Positions 19,279 through 29,100 of a DNA stretch of 64,000 nt are shown here, one piece after another. Numbering within the stretch: the first letter of the stretch is position 1; the number at the start of each line of letters is the position of its first letter. The translations under genes and the position numbers were made by a program. Under the pieces are notes generated by a model, which saw only the letters and a program-made list of their open reading frames with translations, was not told where the DNA came from and searched no databases. This stretch comes from Candidatus Micrarchaeota archaeon (GTDB lineage Archaea; Micrarchaeota; Micrarchaeia; Anstonellales; Bilamarchaeaceae), in NCBI GenBank assembly GCA_038046765.1, contig JBBSVN010000001.1:13293-77292 (forward strand), read 5' to 3'.

Positions 19279-20457
19279 ATGCGTTCTAAATCAAAACTTA
19301 GTAAAAACACCAAATTACTTGCCTTAACTAGTTTTCTAGTAGATATTAGTTCAGAAATGGTTGTTCCCTTATTACCCTTTTTTGTTACAACTATTTTGGG
19401 AGCGCCATTATTTGTTCTAGGTTTAATCGAAGCCGTGCGTGAATTAACTGCGAATGTCGTTGGCATATTTTCTGGAATAATCAGTGACAAGCTTGGAAAG
19501 AAAAAGAATATTATAATTCTTGGGTATTCGCTTTCTGGTTTAATGAAAGTTTTTCTTGTTACTGCTACAACTTGGTTTAGTGTACTTCCAATTGTATTTT
19601 TTGAACGGGTTGGAAAAGGAATAAGGGAAGCTCCGCGTGATGCGTTAATTACGCATTCTGAACCAAAAGAAAATTTAGGTTACGCGTTTGGATTTAGAAA
19701 AATGTGTGACAACGCGGGCGCATTTATTGGGCCCATACTTGCGACATTTTTACTTACTATTCTTATTTCGCAAGGAGTTGATTATGCTTATCGGACAATC
19801 TTTCTTATCGCATTAATTCCAGCTGCGCTTTCAATTGTTGTTCTATTATTTTTACAAGAAAAAGATGGACATAAGGCAACTGATGGCGTAAAAACAATTA
19901 TCGGTGATGTCCTAAAAATTCCTAATTTTAAAAAGTTTGTCTTTTGTATGTTTTTGTTTTCGCTTGGGCAGTTTGCAATCTCGTTTTTTCTGATTCGTGC
20001 TGCAGATTACCTGACTTTGTTTTTGATTCCGGTCGTATACTTAGCGTATAATGCAATGTACACTGTACTTTCTCTTCCTGCGGGTTATTTTACTGATAAA
20101 GTGGGTGCTAAAAATTCTCTTTTATTTTCTCAAGTGTTATTTCTGACAGTTCTTTTAGGATTCTCATTTTTTGCAAACTCTGTTAGTTTATTCCTATTTT
20201 TTGGATTGTTTGGCGTGTTTATGACTATAAACGAAACCGCTCCGCGTGTTTTTTTAGCTAAGAGCGTTGATCATAAACACTATGCAAGTTCGATCGGTTT
20301 ATATCAAGGATTAATTGGTGTTGCTGCACTTCCAGCTAATATTCTAGCTGGTTTTCTATACACGACAAAAATACTAGATGTTCCAGCGTCTTTTGTATTT
20401 TCGATAGTTACAACTGTTTTATCCATGCTGCTGCTTTTGATTTTGGTTAAAGAATAA
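19279..20457 (+). CDS. MFS transporter
   Basis: 392 aa, about 12 TM. Loop motif GIISDKLGKKK between TM2 and TM3. Confidence 0.8.
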   Translation: MRSKSKLSKNTKLLALTSFLVDISSEMVVPLLPFFVTTILGAPLFVLGLIEAVRELTANVVGIFSGIISDKLGKKKNIIILGYSLSGLMKVFLVTATTWFSVLPIVFFERVGKGIREAPRDALITHSEPKENLGYAFGFRKMCDNAGAFIGPILATFLLTILISQGVDYAYRTIFLIALIPAALSIVVLLFLQEKDGHKATDGVKTIIGDVLKIPNFKKFVFCMFLFSLGQFAISFFLIRAADYLTLFLIPVVYLAYNAMYTVLSLPAGYFTDKVGAKNSLLFSQVLFLTVLLGFSFFANSVSLFLFFGLFGVFMTINETAPRVFLAKSVDHKHYASSIGLYQGLIGVAALPANILAGFLYTTKILDVPASFVFSIVTTVLSMLLLLILVKE

Positions 20458-20469
20458 TAAAATGATAAA

Positions 20470-21630
20470 TTATTTGTTAAAAATAACTACTTCAATGTAA
20501 CTATCATTTTTAGTCTGGTTTTTTGTTATGTCTATTGTGTATAAGTTTTCTACGTAAACTGTTTGATTGTTTACAGTTGTGTTAAGTTTTATTGGTAAGT
20601 ACACTCCCTTAGCTTTGTTGCTGTTTTCACATAGTGCAACTTGCGTTCTAAGGTTTGGCTCAGTTGTTACACTATAACCGCAGAACTCATATGTTTTATT
20701 TCCTACACTTAGGTTTTGGTTTAGGTAAATTCTTTGTTTTAAGCTAGAGATTTTTACCAATTCTTCAAAGGTTGTATTAGATGCATTTGTTTGCCATGTT
20801 TGATTTATTTGAGTACTATTGGAATAATTTTGATCATAAATAAAGCCCTGTTTAATTACTTCCTGTTTTGGTTTTGTTGCAATTATCTTTAATTTAGGCC
20901 CGGTTTCCAAGTCCTTAAACTCTACTACAATTATATTATTGTTCCCAAATAAACTAATCTGGTCTCCTTCTTTTATATCATCAAAATAACCATTCATAGA
21001 TATAATTATTCTATTAACGCAAACATACTTTTCATTGTATATTTTGGGGTATTCCTTAGTTACCTTCCATTTATCATCTCCTAAAAATGCTGAATTATTC
21101 TGTAGTTCTGATAAATTATACCTCTGACCTAATAGGTATATCGTTTCCGAATCCTGAATGCACCAATCTTGCGAGTTGGTATAAATATAAACTGCATTAA
21201 ATAAGCTAACCTTTTTCTGATCACCATTATCGCTAATAATTGGTGTAAGATAAATTTCTTCTCTTGGGTACCCGCCACCATCAAATGGTTCTATGAATTG
21301 GATTTGTTGATTTGTTAATCGTATAAATTCTTTGCTGTAAATCCCTGCTCCTTCAAGATTAATTCCGTATTTTTTAAGTGGAAATAAAAAAGTCCCTTTC
21401 CCAGTGGAAATCCCATCTCCCTTAATCGCATTTATAAGAATGGTAGAACTATTTTCATCAGAAGTTATGTTCATGTACCTTTTTTCGTTAACTTCATCTC
21501 TAACATATTCATAAGTACCTTTACTATATTCATATACTTTTTCAACCCGATCATTAATACAACCAAAGAATAATAATGAAACTAGCAGAATTCCTAAAAT
21601 AATCGACTTGTTCATGTTCATTAAAATCAC
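20470..21630 (-). CDS. secreted lipobox protein, Asn-rich, unknown function
   Basis: Signal plus FFGC lipobox. The start overlaps the upstream stop by 4 nt (ATGA), so it is co-transcribed with 21627-23258. Confidence 0.6.
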   Translation of the reverse strand: MILMNMNKSIILGILLVSLLFFGCINDRVEKVYEYSKGTYEYVRDEVNEKRYMNITSDENSSTILINAIKGDGISTGKGTFLFPLKKYGINLEGAGIYSKEFIRLTNQQIQFIEPFDGGGYPREEIYLTPIISDNGDQKKVSLFNAVYIYTNSQDWCIQDSETIYLLGQRYNLSELQNNSAFLGDDKWKVTKEYPKIYNEKYVCVNRIIISMNGYFDDIKEGDQISLFGNNNIIVVEFKDLETGPKLKIIATKPKQEVIKQGFIYDQNYSNSTQINQTWQTNASNTTFEELVKISSLKQRIYLNQNLSVGNKTYEFCGYSVTTEPNLRTQVALCENSNKAKGVYLPIKLNTTVNNQTVYVENLYTIDITKNQTKNDSYIEVVIFNK

Positions 21631-23258
21631 CCTGAATTATTAAATACTATTTCAAATGCTGTACTATCGCGAGGGATGAAAATTGATTTGATTCCTGGAT
21701 TTAATGTATCCTCGTTTCCCCAGATTACTTTGACGTCTTTGTTGGTTTGATTTATTTCTAGAATATCTGAGAAAACTGAAATAAATGCAACTGAATAACA
21801 ACAAGGTTCCATACGTGATACTTGCCAAATTCGAACATATTTTCCCCTTACATCCTCTGTCTTTCCTACTTCGAGTTTCCACGTATAATTATTTTTGTCT
21901 TTTAGCACTAAAAATTCCTTGTAGGGAGGGTAATATCCATTTCCTTCAGAACTAGAATACCTAAATTCTTCATTGCTTATATTTAATTTATCATCTTGAA
22001 AAAATATATTTGGTTTACCTTTTGCTAATAATAAAGAATAGTTCTCCTTGTCTTTCCTTAATCTTAGAATAGACCAAGTTTGATTTAAAATATCTAAAGT
22101 AATGCCACTTTGATCAATCATTGAAGAACTTGAAAAACCCAAAGACATTAGTTCTACGGTATCATTTGCTCTGGTTTCTTTTCTAAAGTAAGAATAATAA
22201 CAATTATTATTAGTAATATTTAGTTCAGTTATATTTTGATTGTAAACCTCACATTGATAAATTAGAGGATCGAATTCCAGATAAATTCCACTTTCATTAA
22301 GTTGTTCTGTTTCGTTAATTAGTCCATAATTTGTTACTATTTTTGTTCGTTTTCTATTTTTTGGAAAAATCCTTATCGATTTTAACAGAGGTATGTCTCT
22401 AGTGTGATTGCCTTGACTTATGTTTCCGTCTTCCCAAAGTATATCTGAATTTGAGTAGTTTAGAACTTCTATATCAGATAAAACTGAAATAGAAATCCAG
22501 CTCGGAATAATTGGTTCTAAAGTAGTTGAATTAAGTGCACTACCTGATGGACCAAATTGCCAAATGTGAACATACCTGCCATTAACAAAAACCGTACCCC
22601 CTACTGCAATTAAGATTGATGAATCATTTGCATTTTCTAAAATTACATAAGTTCGATTGATAGATGCAATAAAAGTATAATTTGAGTATGTCCAGTTTAC
22701 ACCATCTATTTCAAAACTATCCGAACGGTTAATCCATTTTATAGAATAATTTTTTCCTAATATGACCTCACTTTTACTCTCCTTCTTCTCAAACTTTAAA
22801 ATAGCGATTTTCTCTCCATTCTTTGTTCTAAATGACAGCGCATTCGATTCAGTAAGATCAAAGTATGTTGCATAATTATAAGAATAACTTTTTGCTACAG
22901 GTATCGAAGGATAGAAATCTAGTTTTAATTCACTTCCATTAAAAGTTTGATTTACAGCGTAGATCGTTCTATAGTCTCTACCAAAAATTCCTTGCTCAAT
23001 AACACTTGAAAAATTGTAACTGGTTGATTCGATTACGTTTATTGGATTGTTATTTATTATTATGTTATTCGAATTATTCGACAAATTAGTTTGATTCAAA
23101 ACATTCGGATTATCAAGTTCATTTACTTCAACAACCATAGAAACATTTCCAGAATCATTAGTTATGTTCGCTTTGATATCATAGTAACTACTATCAGTGC
23201 AGCCAAATAGTATAAACAAACTTAAGGCCAAGATAAATAATTTTGTGTTCCCGTTCAT
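21627..23258 (-). CDS. secreted lipobox protein with an internal duplication, unknown function
   Basis: Signal plus LFGC lipobox. Two related modules: GRYVHIWQFGPSG...ISVLSDIEVLN and GKYVRIWQVSRMEP...ISVFSDILEIN. Confidence 0.6.
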   Translation of the reverse strand: MNGNTKLFILALSLFILFGCTDSSYYDIKANITNDSGNVSMVVEVNELDNPNVLNQTNLSNNSNNIIINNNPINVIESTSYNFSSVIEQGIFGRDYRTIYAVNQTFNGSELKLDFYPSIPVAKSYSYNYATYFDLTESNALSFRTKNGEKIAILKFEKKESKSEVILGKNYSIKWINRSDSFEIDGVNWTYSNYTFIASINRTYVILENANDSSILIAVGGTVFVNGRYVHIWQFGPSGSALNSTTLEPIIPSWISISVLSDIEVLNYSNSDILWEDGNISQGNHTRDIPLLKSIRIFPKNRKRTKIVTNYGLINETEQLNESGIYLEFDPLIYQCEVYNQNITELNITNNNCYYSYFRKETRANDTVELMSLGFSSSSMIDQSGITLDILNQTWSILRLRKDKENYSLLLAKGKPNIFFQDDKLNISNEEFRYSSSEGNGYYPPYKEFLVLKDKNNYTWKLEVGKTEDVRGKYVRIWQVSRMEPCCYSVAFISVFSDILEINQTNKDVKVIWGNEDTLNPGIKSIFIPRDSTAFEIVFNNSG

Positions 23259-23318
23259 ATGCTTTTTCTTAAATTCGCTTATTTAAATAAACTTTTTAGC
23301 AATAGTTGTTTCTAAAAT

Positions 23319-24062
23319 ATGTTTATAAATAAAGAAATGCTTCATTTAGCTATGCGAACAGCAAATTACCTTAGATTTTTTATTCTCTTATTAGTCTTAA
23401 TTAGCTCTAGCTTCGCTTCATTTATTTATGGTGATATCTACTCGAACAACCTGGAAAAACTAAACAAAACGCTCATCAAAATTGACGGTCGTTTTAGTTA
23501 CCAATTCGTTACTGAAAAATCAAACTATTCGATATTTCTTCCTGATGGCGAGTTTAACATAACTGCAAGTAATTTTGATAATAATGGTGAACTTGTCCTC
23601 TATAGTAAAGAGCAGTTTAAGGCGGGGGATAAAGACCAGAAAATTGATTTGGTACTTAACTCAGTTGGTAAGTTTAATTTCGATTGGATTGTTACGCTTG
23701 GAGTTCTTCTAATTAGTATTACTTTAATGTTTTTAGTAGTACTTTGGTTTGATTCTAAAAAACAAGGAATAATAATTAAAATTCCGGAAATCAAAATTCC
23801 GGATCTAGAAAACAGTGTCATTTCAAAGCAATTGTCTATCTCAAAGTCCGAAATTCAAACCGAATCGGCAGAGCTAGACCAGGATGCTAAGTTAATTCTG
23901 TCAATTCTAGAATCATTAGAAAACCGTGCAACGCAGAGCGAACTAAAGGATAAAACTAACTTTTCAGATGCTAAACTTAGTCTTATTCTAAGCGAGCTTG
24001 AGCAATTAGGCAAAATAAAGAAATTCAAACGCGGAAGGGGAAATATTATACGGAAACTTTAA
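23319..24062 (+). CDS. membrane-anchored winged-helix regulator (ectodomain - TM - cytoplasmic wHTH)
   Basis: N-terminal signal/TM and a carboxypeptidase-regulatory-like beta domain. A central TM (VTLGVLLISITLMFLVVLWF) is followed by a C-terminal MarR/ArsR-like segment ATQSELKDKTNFSDAKLSLILSELEQLGKIKK. Confidence 0.55.
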   Translation: MFINKEMLHLAMRTANYLRFFILLLVLISSSFASFIYGDIYSNNLEKLNKTLIKIDGRFSYQFVTEKSNYSIFLPDGEFNITASNFDNNGELVLYSKEQFKAGDKDQKIDLVLNSVGKFNFDWIVTLGVLLISITLMFLVVLWFDSKKQGIIIKIPEIKIPDLENSVISKQLSISKSEIQTESAELDQDAKLILSILESLENRATQSELKDKTNFSDAKLSLILSELEQLGKIKKFKRGRGNIIRKL

Positions 24063-24433
24063 GATTCGAGCTTAAATCTTTCCAGACCCAAAACCTCATC
24101 GTAAACATGGTCTGAACTTATGATTACGTAAGGTTGTGAACATGCAGCATGAAACGCATCAAAAACCCCTATCTTATTGTCATCAATATAACTTGCAGCT
24201 AAGTACGCAATTTCTTTTTCTAGTCCTCTTACTTCAAATAATTGATAAATATCGCTGACAATCTGCTCACATTCCATATTAAACTTTTTAGATATTAACA
24301 TTGTTTCCAGAACTACAAAACTGCTAGTCCAAATTTTTCCTTTATGTTGCTCATAAACTTTCAAGGCTTTTTCTCTAAGCCAATCGTCATTTTTTATCAA
24401 TGCACATATAAAATCCGTATCAGCAAAAAATAT
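24059..24433 (-). CDS. vapC: PIN-domain toxin (VapC-like), apparent ATA start
   Basis: The track ORF starts at TTG 24400. The in-frame upstream codons encode IFFADTDFICA, which is the conserved first acidic strand of PIN domains. No ATG/GTG/TTG occurs between the upstream stop (24449-24451) and 24400. DAFHAACS motif lies downstream. Confidence 0.65.
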   Translation of the reverse strand: MFFADTDFICALIKNDDWLREKALKVYEQHKGKIWTSSFVVLETMLISKKFNMECEQIVSDIYQLFEVRGLEKEIAYLAASYIDDNKIGVFDAFHAACSQPYVIISSDHVYDEVLGLERFKLES

Positions 24434-24437
24434 ACAA

Positions 24438-24698
24438 TCACCTTCTTTTTAAGTTCGAAAGTGCTTCTTTTTCAGCATCTTCTCTTGCAATTCTTTTCAA
24501 ATCGTTAATTGTCAAATGTGCTGGTATTTTTTTTCCTTGTTCTTGAAGAGATTTTAACGGATCTTTTGATATTGGAATTAGAAGCAGTTTGGTTCTAGTA
24601 CGAACTAACTCGTAATCTCGACCAAATTCTTGAATCACTTCCTGTGTAAGATTTACCCTACATTTTGAATCGGCATGTAATGAAACCATTTTTCCCAC
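24438..24698 (-). CDS. vapB: AbrB/SpoVT-type antitoxin (VapB-like)
   Basis: 86 aa. N-terminal swapped-hairpin pattern KCRVNLTQEVIQEFG. Sits immediately upstream of the PIN gene. Confidence 0.7.
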   Translation of the reverse strand: MGKMVSLHADSKCRVNLTQEVIQEFGRDYELVRTRTKLLLIPISKDPLKSLQEQGKKIPAHLTINDLKRIAREDAEKEALSNLKRR

Positions 24699-24776
24699 CT
24701 AGATATACTTTGGTGGGCAATATTTATAAATTTTCCCACTTGGCTATAACCCTGCAAAATTCAACCTTTTCAGAAT

Positions 24777-26078
24777 TTATCCTTTTGTCGGATCATTAAC
24801 TTTGCCTATAAATATAATCGACCCTGTGCCTTTATCTTGAATTATAAAAATAAATGGATGATCTGCTTTGAACACTGGTGGCGAAGGTAACGTCATAGGT
24901 TTCATTTCAACTGCTGTTGCAGCTGCTGCTTCTGTTCCTTCTTCGTTTACTTCAACAAATGCTTGGTGAATTACTTCTGATATGCTTAAATCCTTGTTAC
25001 CCGTAATTCCTGAAAAATCTGCTTTGCTTGAATCAAATGAGGTTGACATACCTAAATCAATGAGATTTTTACCAAGATAATATTTACTCTGGAATTTGAA
25101 CTTTGGAATTGAAACATCAACTTCCTGCGTTTGCATTTTCTGCTTCCATCTATTTAGATTTTCTAAAGACAGATTACTTTCTAAACTAGTCATTTCTTCT
25201 TTAGGTAAAATAATCAACATTGAAAGTTCGTTGTCTTTATAGGGTAGTTCTAATATTTGTAATCGTTCATCTTCAAAATAATTAAAGCTTTTAGTTTTTT
25301 TCATCATCTGCGCTTTTACTATTTTAGTGGAAGTTACTTCAAAATCTTCTTCTTTTGTTAAACTTTTATCAAATTTTGTTTCCCAACTGCCTTTGAAATA
25401 AATTGCATTTGTGATAATTAGCCTTATATTTTGATCAAGATCGTTTGGGCCAATCATGTCTTTTATTTTTTGATTCGTTTCGTTTTCAATCCAGTTATTT
25501 ATCATTAATCTGGATTGCTCAAGTTGGTTGACAAAATCAACATTGGTAGCTTCCGCGCCATAATAGTTTTTGACAATGTCCTTGTAACTCTGTAATATTG
25601 AATAATCTTTTTGTATCCAAAGCGCGTTTGCTGTACTTAGATTATAACTTTTATTCGCTTTATTTAAGTTATTATAAATACTTGCGAACCCGGATCGTCT
25701 TACGGATTCGTTTTCAGAAAAATAAAACACTTTCTGTATTTCTTGTGCGGTTTGTCCTTTAGCTCCTTCATAAGTTATTGCTAAAGCACTTGAAATGCTA
25801 TAAGGTGAGAAGAAAACGTTTTCATCGTTTGTTTTTTGTTTTGAATAAAGGTCAAATGCAAACTGATTGCTAGCTTCAACCATACTCTTTTTTTCTTCTG
25901 TACTTAGGTTAAGCGCAGTTGAATTTAATTGAAGTTGCAGTGCTGGAATTTCAGGCGTTTTATTGTTTGTTTCATTTTTAAGAAAGTTGTTTGAATCCTT
26001 TGTACTCGCACATCCTGAAATAAAAAGAGCTAATGCAATTATTAGTAATAGAAACATTCGTCCGCTCGTTGTTTTCAT
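24777..26078 (-). CDS. serpin (serine protease inhibitor) with lipobox signal
   Basis: 433 aa. Signal plus FISGC, a reactive-centre-loop hinge GTEAAAATAV, and C-terminal FKADHPFIFIIQD. Confidence 0.9.
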   Translation of the reverse strand: MKTTSGRMFLLLIIALALFISGCASTKDSNNFLKNETNNKTPEIPALQLQLNSTALNLSTEEKKSMVEASNQFAFDLYSKQKTNDENVFFSPYSISSALAITYEGAKGQTAQEIQKVFYFSENESVRRSGFASIYNNLNKANKSYNLSTANALWIQKDYSILQSYKDIVKNYYGAEATNVDFVNQLEQSRLMINNWIENETNQKIKDMIGPNDLDQNIRLIITNAIYFKGSWETKFDKSLTKEEDFEVTSTKIVKAQMMKKTKSFNYFEDERLQILELPYKDNELSMLIILPKEEMTSLESNLSLENLNRWKQKMQTQEVDVSIPKFKFQSKYYLGKNLIDLGMSTSFDSSKADFSGITGNKDLSISEVIHQAFVEVNEEGTEAAAATAVEMKPMTLPSPPVFKADHPFIFIIQDKGTGSIIFIGKVNDPTKG

Positions 26079-26143
26079 AAAAATAATGTGATTCGAAGGC
26101 TTTAAGGTATAATGTGATTTCCTTAGGTTTTTGCCTAATTTAC

Positions 26144-26818
26144 CTATAATTCCCTCGCCCCGTCTTTCCCGCCAATAATTATCTTATCAAACTTCGTAAA
26201 TATCCCGTTCTCAACAACGCCCGGATAATTCTTCAACTCTGCTTCAGTTTTTTTAGGGTCTTTAACTAACATTTCACAATCAAGTAAAAAGTTTCCATTA
26301 TCAGTAATTATTGGGCCAAGTTTTCCATCAGAAGCGCGATAGGTTACCTTGTTTGTAAATGTCTTTAGAAAACGCATTACCGTACTATGCGCAAAAGGAA
26401 CTACTTCAACGACTACTTTACCTTCTAGTTTTGGTTTTATCTTAGATTCATCTGCAATTACTATGAATTTTTTAGCAGCATATGCAACTACCTTTTCCCT
26501 AGTTAAAGCTCCGCCTCCGCCTTTTAGTACGCCAACTTTAGTTGCAACATCTGCACCGTCCACTGTCAAATCGATTCGTTCTACTTCGTCAGGTTCAGCA
26601 ATCTTTAAACCTAATCCGAGTGCATAAATTCGAGTATCAAAAGAAGTAGGTATACATTTTATATTTAATTTTTCTTTCTTTACGCGCTCTGCAAGCAGTT
26701 TGATAAATTCTTTAGCAGTGCTACCGCTTCCAATTCCTAAAATCGAATTATTTTCGACAAACTCGAGCGCGGCTTTTGAAGCATTAATTTTTCCTAATAA
26801 ATTCGATGAAGAAGACAT
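26144..26818 (-). CDS. rpiA: ribose-5-phosphate isomerase A
   Basis: GIGSGSTA, VDGADV and KGGGGALTREK motifs. Confidence 0.9.
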   Translation of the reverse strand: MSSSSNLLGKINASKAALEFVENNSILGIGSGSTAKEFIKLLAERVKKEKLNIKCIPTSFDTRIYALGLGLKIAEPDEVERIDLTVDGADVATKVGVLKGGGGALTREKVVAYAAKKFIVIADESKIKPKLEGKVVVEVVPFAHSTVMRFLKTFTNKVTYRASDGKLGPIITDNGNFLLDCEMLVKDPKKTEAELKNYPGVVENGIFTKFDKIIIGGKDGAREL

Positions 26819-26853
26819 AAATAGAATAAAAGAAACTAATATTTATAATTGCG

Positions 26854-27099
26854 CTAGGATTTTTTAAATTTCTCAGCTAGTTTTTTATCCTGCGTAAATG
26901 TTGCCTTTCCCTTGCTTTGCCCCAAGTATTCTATGATGTTACCTTCCTTATCGGTAAGCGTCATATCAGTTATTTCCTTACCAGTTCGCATAGTTAAAAT
27001 AGCAGGTTTTCCTTTGAACATTACGCTTATGCTGTATACTTTTGTATCCTGGTTATACGCATAATGTATATCGCAGTTTTTAAAATCCTTAATAGACAT
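26854..27099 (-). CDS. hypothetical protein (81 aa)
   Basis: ORF only. No motif. Confidence 0.4.
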   Translation of the reverse strand: MSIKDFKNCDIHYAYNQDTKVYSISVMFKGKPAILTMRTGKEITDMTLTDKEGNIIEYLGQSKGKATFTQDKKLAEKFKKS

Positions 27100-27106
27100 A
27101 AAATCA

Positions 27107-27355
27107 CTAAACGCTTACAAGTCTTAGCATTATCGAATCGTTAGCTTTAAGCATTTCTTTTATTTGTGAATTTTTTAAGAATGGTTCCATAAATTTAGCT
27201 GATATATTATACGCCTGAGCGGTCTCGGTCATTTTGATTTTATTTGTCATATCAGTTGTTTTTGCAATTTCGAGTTTTGGTATTTTTATTATTATATTTT
27301 GAAGTCTTTTGTTTTCTTCATCGTATTCTTTTGGTTTAAACGCTTCTGGTGACAT
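27107..27355 (-). CDS. hypothetical protein (82 aa)
   Basis: ORF only. No motif. Confidence 0.4.
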   Translation of the reverse strand: MSPEAFKPKEYDEENKRLQNIIIKIPKLEIAKTTDMTNKIKMTETAQAYNISAKFMEPFLKNSQIKEMLKANDSIMLRLVSV

Positions 27356-27387
27356 AATTTAATATTAAACTAGGCATAATTAAATAC

Positions 27388-28056
27388 CTACGTTCTACTT
27401 TCATGTTTCTTCTTATTGCTACAAAGGTCGAACAAAACCTCGTAAGCTTTTAGAAGTTCTGCATCTTCAACAAAAATCAGGAATTCTGGGACGCATGTCA
27501 TTAATTCATAGATTAATACGTTATTTCGAAAGAGTTCGTTAAGAATTACTAAACCCACTCCCCGAGTTTTAACTATCACCGGAGGCAGGTGTAAATTTAT
27601 TTCTGCTATGTTTTTCTTAACATCAATTATGTATTCTTTAGAAACGATATCCAAAAATTCCTCAATTTTAGACTCGTCAATCATAACTCTTATCGATTCT
27701 TCTCCCTGAACAAATCGAATCATTTCTCCTTTTTCATATTTTACGCTGTTAAAGATTTCAGATAAGAGTTCAGTAACTTTAGGGCTTTTTTTAACTGCAA
27801 TAATTGCGAGGTGACTTTTAGTAGATATTTTTGCGCCTCTAATAAGTTTTGCAGCTTCTTTGTACTGATCTAAATATTTGTTTTCTTTAGGATATCTTCT
27901 TATTGCGCTAATTATTGCGTCTTCGCTACCCTCAATTCCATTGTCTCTACAATGTCTAGCTAGTGCTCGAACGTTTATCATGTCTCGTTCTAGGTCTAAG
28001 CGTATTGACGGGTCCTTGTCTATAAGTTTCCAAACAGAATCTCGAATATTTGTCAT
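27388..28056 (-). CDS. conserved archaeal hypothetical protein, possibly ACT-like regulatory domains
   Basis: 222 aa. The N-terminus DSVWKLIDKDPSIRLDLERDMINVRALARHC..AIISAIRRY resembles archaeal ACT-domain proteins I only vaguely recognise. Confidence 0.4.
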   Translation of the reverse strand: MTNIRDSVWKLIDKDPSIRLDLERDMINVRALARHCRDNGIEGSEDAIISAIRRYPKENKYLDQYKEAAKLIRGAKISTKSHLAIIAVKKSPKVTELLSEIFNSVKYEKGEMIRFVQGEESIRVMIDESKIEEFLDIVSKEYIIDVKKNIAEINLHLPPVIVKTRGVGLVILNELFRNNVLIYELMTCVPEFLIFVEDAELLKAYEVLFDLCSNKKKHESRT

Positions 28057-28148
28057 AAATACATTAAATGTGTCAAAACTTATTAAAATGTTTATTTTTT
28101 GTCATAAAATATAAATGCTACTTTTTGCAATAAACATTTGGTGAAAAA

Positions 28149-29093
28149 ATGAAATTACTAATGAGTTTTGGAAAACATCAGAATGCTTTAGACGCTAGTG
28201 AATTAAGAGCTGATCTTGTCAGGTTTAAACCGCACGTGTACGTTAAAGAAACAATTCTCCTTACGCCAGATCGTAGATTACCAATCATTGCTTTTCAAAA
28301 TAAAAGAATCAAAGATGGAAGAAAAAGTCCAGAAGAAAAAAAATCTCAGATGCACGATATAGCAAAGGCGTTTAGAGAAGAAGACTGGGTCGAATTTAAA
28401 GTTGAAGAATATTCTATAGTTGCGGATTCGCAAGTAAGGTGGATGCATAATGTTGAAGATTATCCACAAGAGCAGATTCAAAGGATGGCTGCTGCTGGGC
28501 TGTGCCACACGCGTATGGGTGGGATTATCCTTAGCTTTGTCTCAAGAGGAGATTTTGGATACGCTATGGGGTTAGCAGAACAAGAATTGCGTGGTTTTAA
28601 ACTGTTGGTCAAAGATCGAAACAAACGAATAGTTCGCGGTATTATGGAAATGGAAAAGGAACTGCCGAATCTAGCCTTAGATGAAGAACTTAGAGTCTTG
28701 TGTCGATTTGGTTTAACTCATAAAGAAATATCTGTTCAACTAAAAGAAAAACTTGGTGAAAGCGTAGAGTTAGTTCGGTATCCTAAAGTTAACCGATACG
28801 TGGAGCTTTTATCCGACCCTAATCCAGGTATTTCAAAAGATGATCTAGTATATTATATGTTCTATTGTCTCTACAACGATTTTGTCGATACTCAATTTGG
28901 TGTTGATTTTGAAAAATCTGTTAGAATTGAAGAAGAAGTTTTTAGGCAATTAGGAGGCAGTGCGGGTTTCTTAGAGCGCATGGAAAAAGCTCTAAATCTT
29001 GGTATGGAGGGGGGAGGAGTAGATCTAAGAGTCGTTCAAAACAAGTTTATAGAAAACTTAAAAGAAGTCTATGAGAAAACATTAAATGGGTGA
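28149..29093 (+). CDS. hypothetical protein (314 aa)
   Basis: Long ORF with slightly higher G+C. No motif assigned. Confidence 0.55.
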   Translation: MKLLMSFGKHQNALDASELRADLVRFKPHVYVKETILLTPDRRLPIIAFQNKRIKDGRKSPEEKKSQMHDIAKAFREEDWVEFKVEEYSIVADSQVRWMHNVEDYPQEQIQRMAAAGLCHTRMGGIILSFVSRGDFGYAMGLAEQELRGFKLLVKDRNKRIVRGIMEMEKELPNLALDEELRVLCRFGLTHKEISVQLKEKLGESVELVRYPKVNRYVELLSDPNPGISKDDLVYYMFYCLYNDFVDTQFGVDFEKSVRIEEEVFRQLGGSAGFLERMEKALNLGMEGGGVDLRVVQNKFIENLKEVYEKTLNG

Positions 29094-29100
29094 AAAATAT

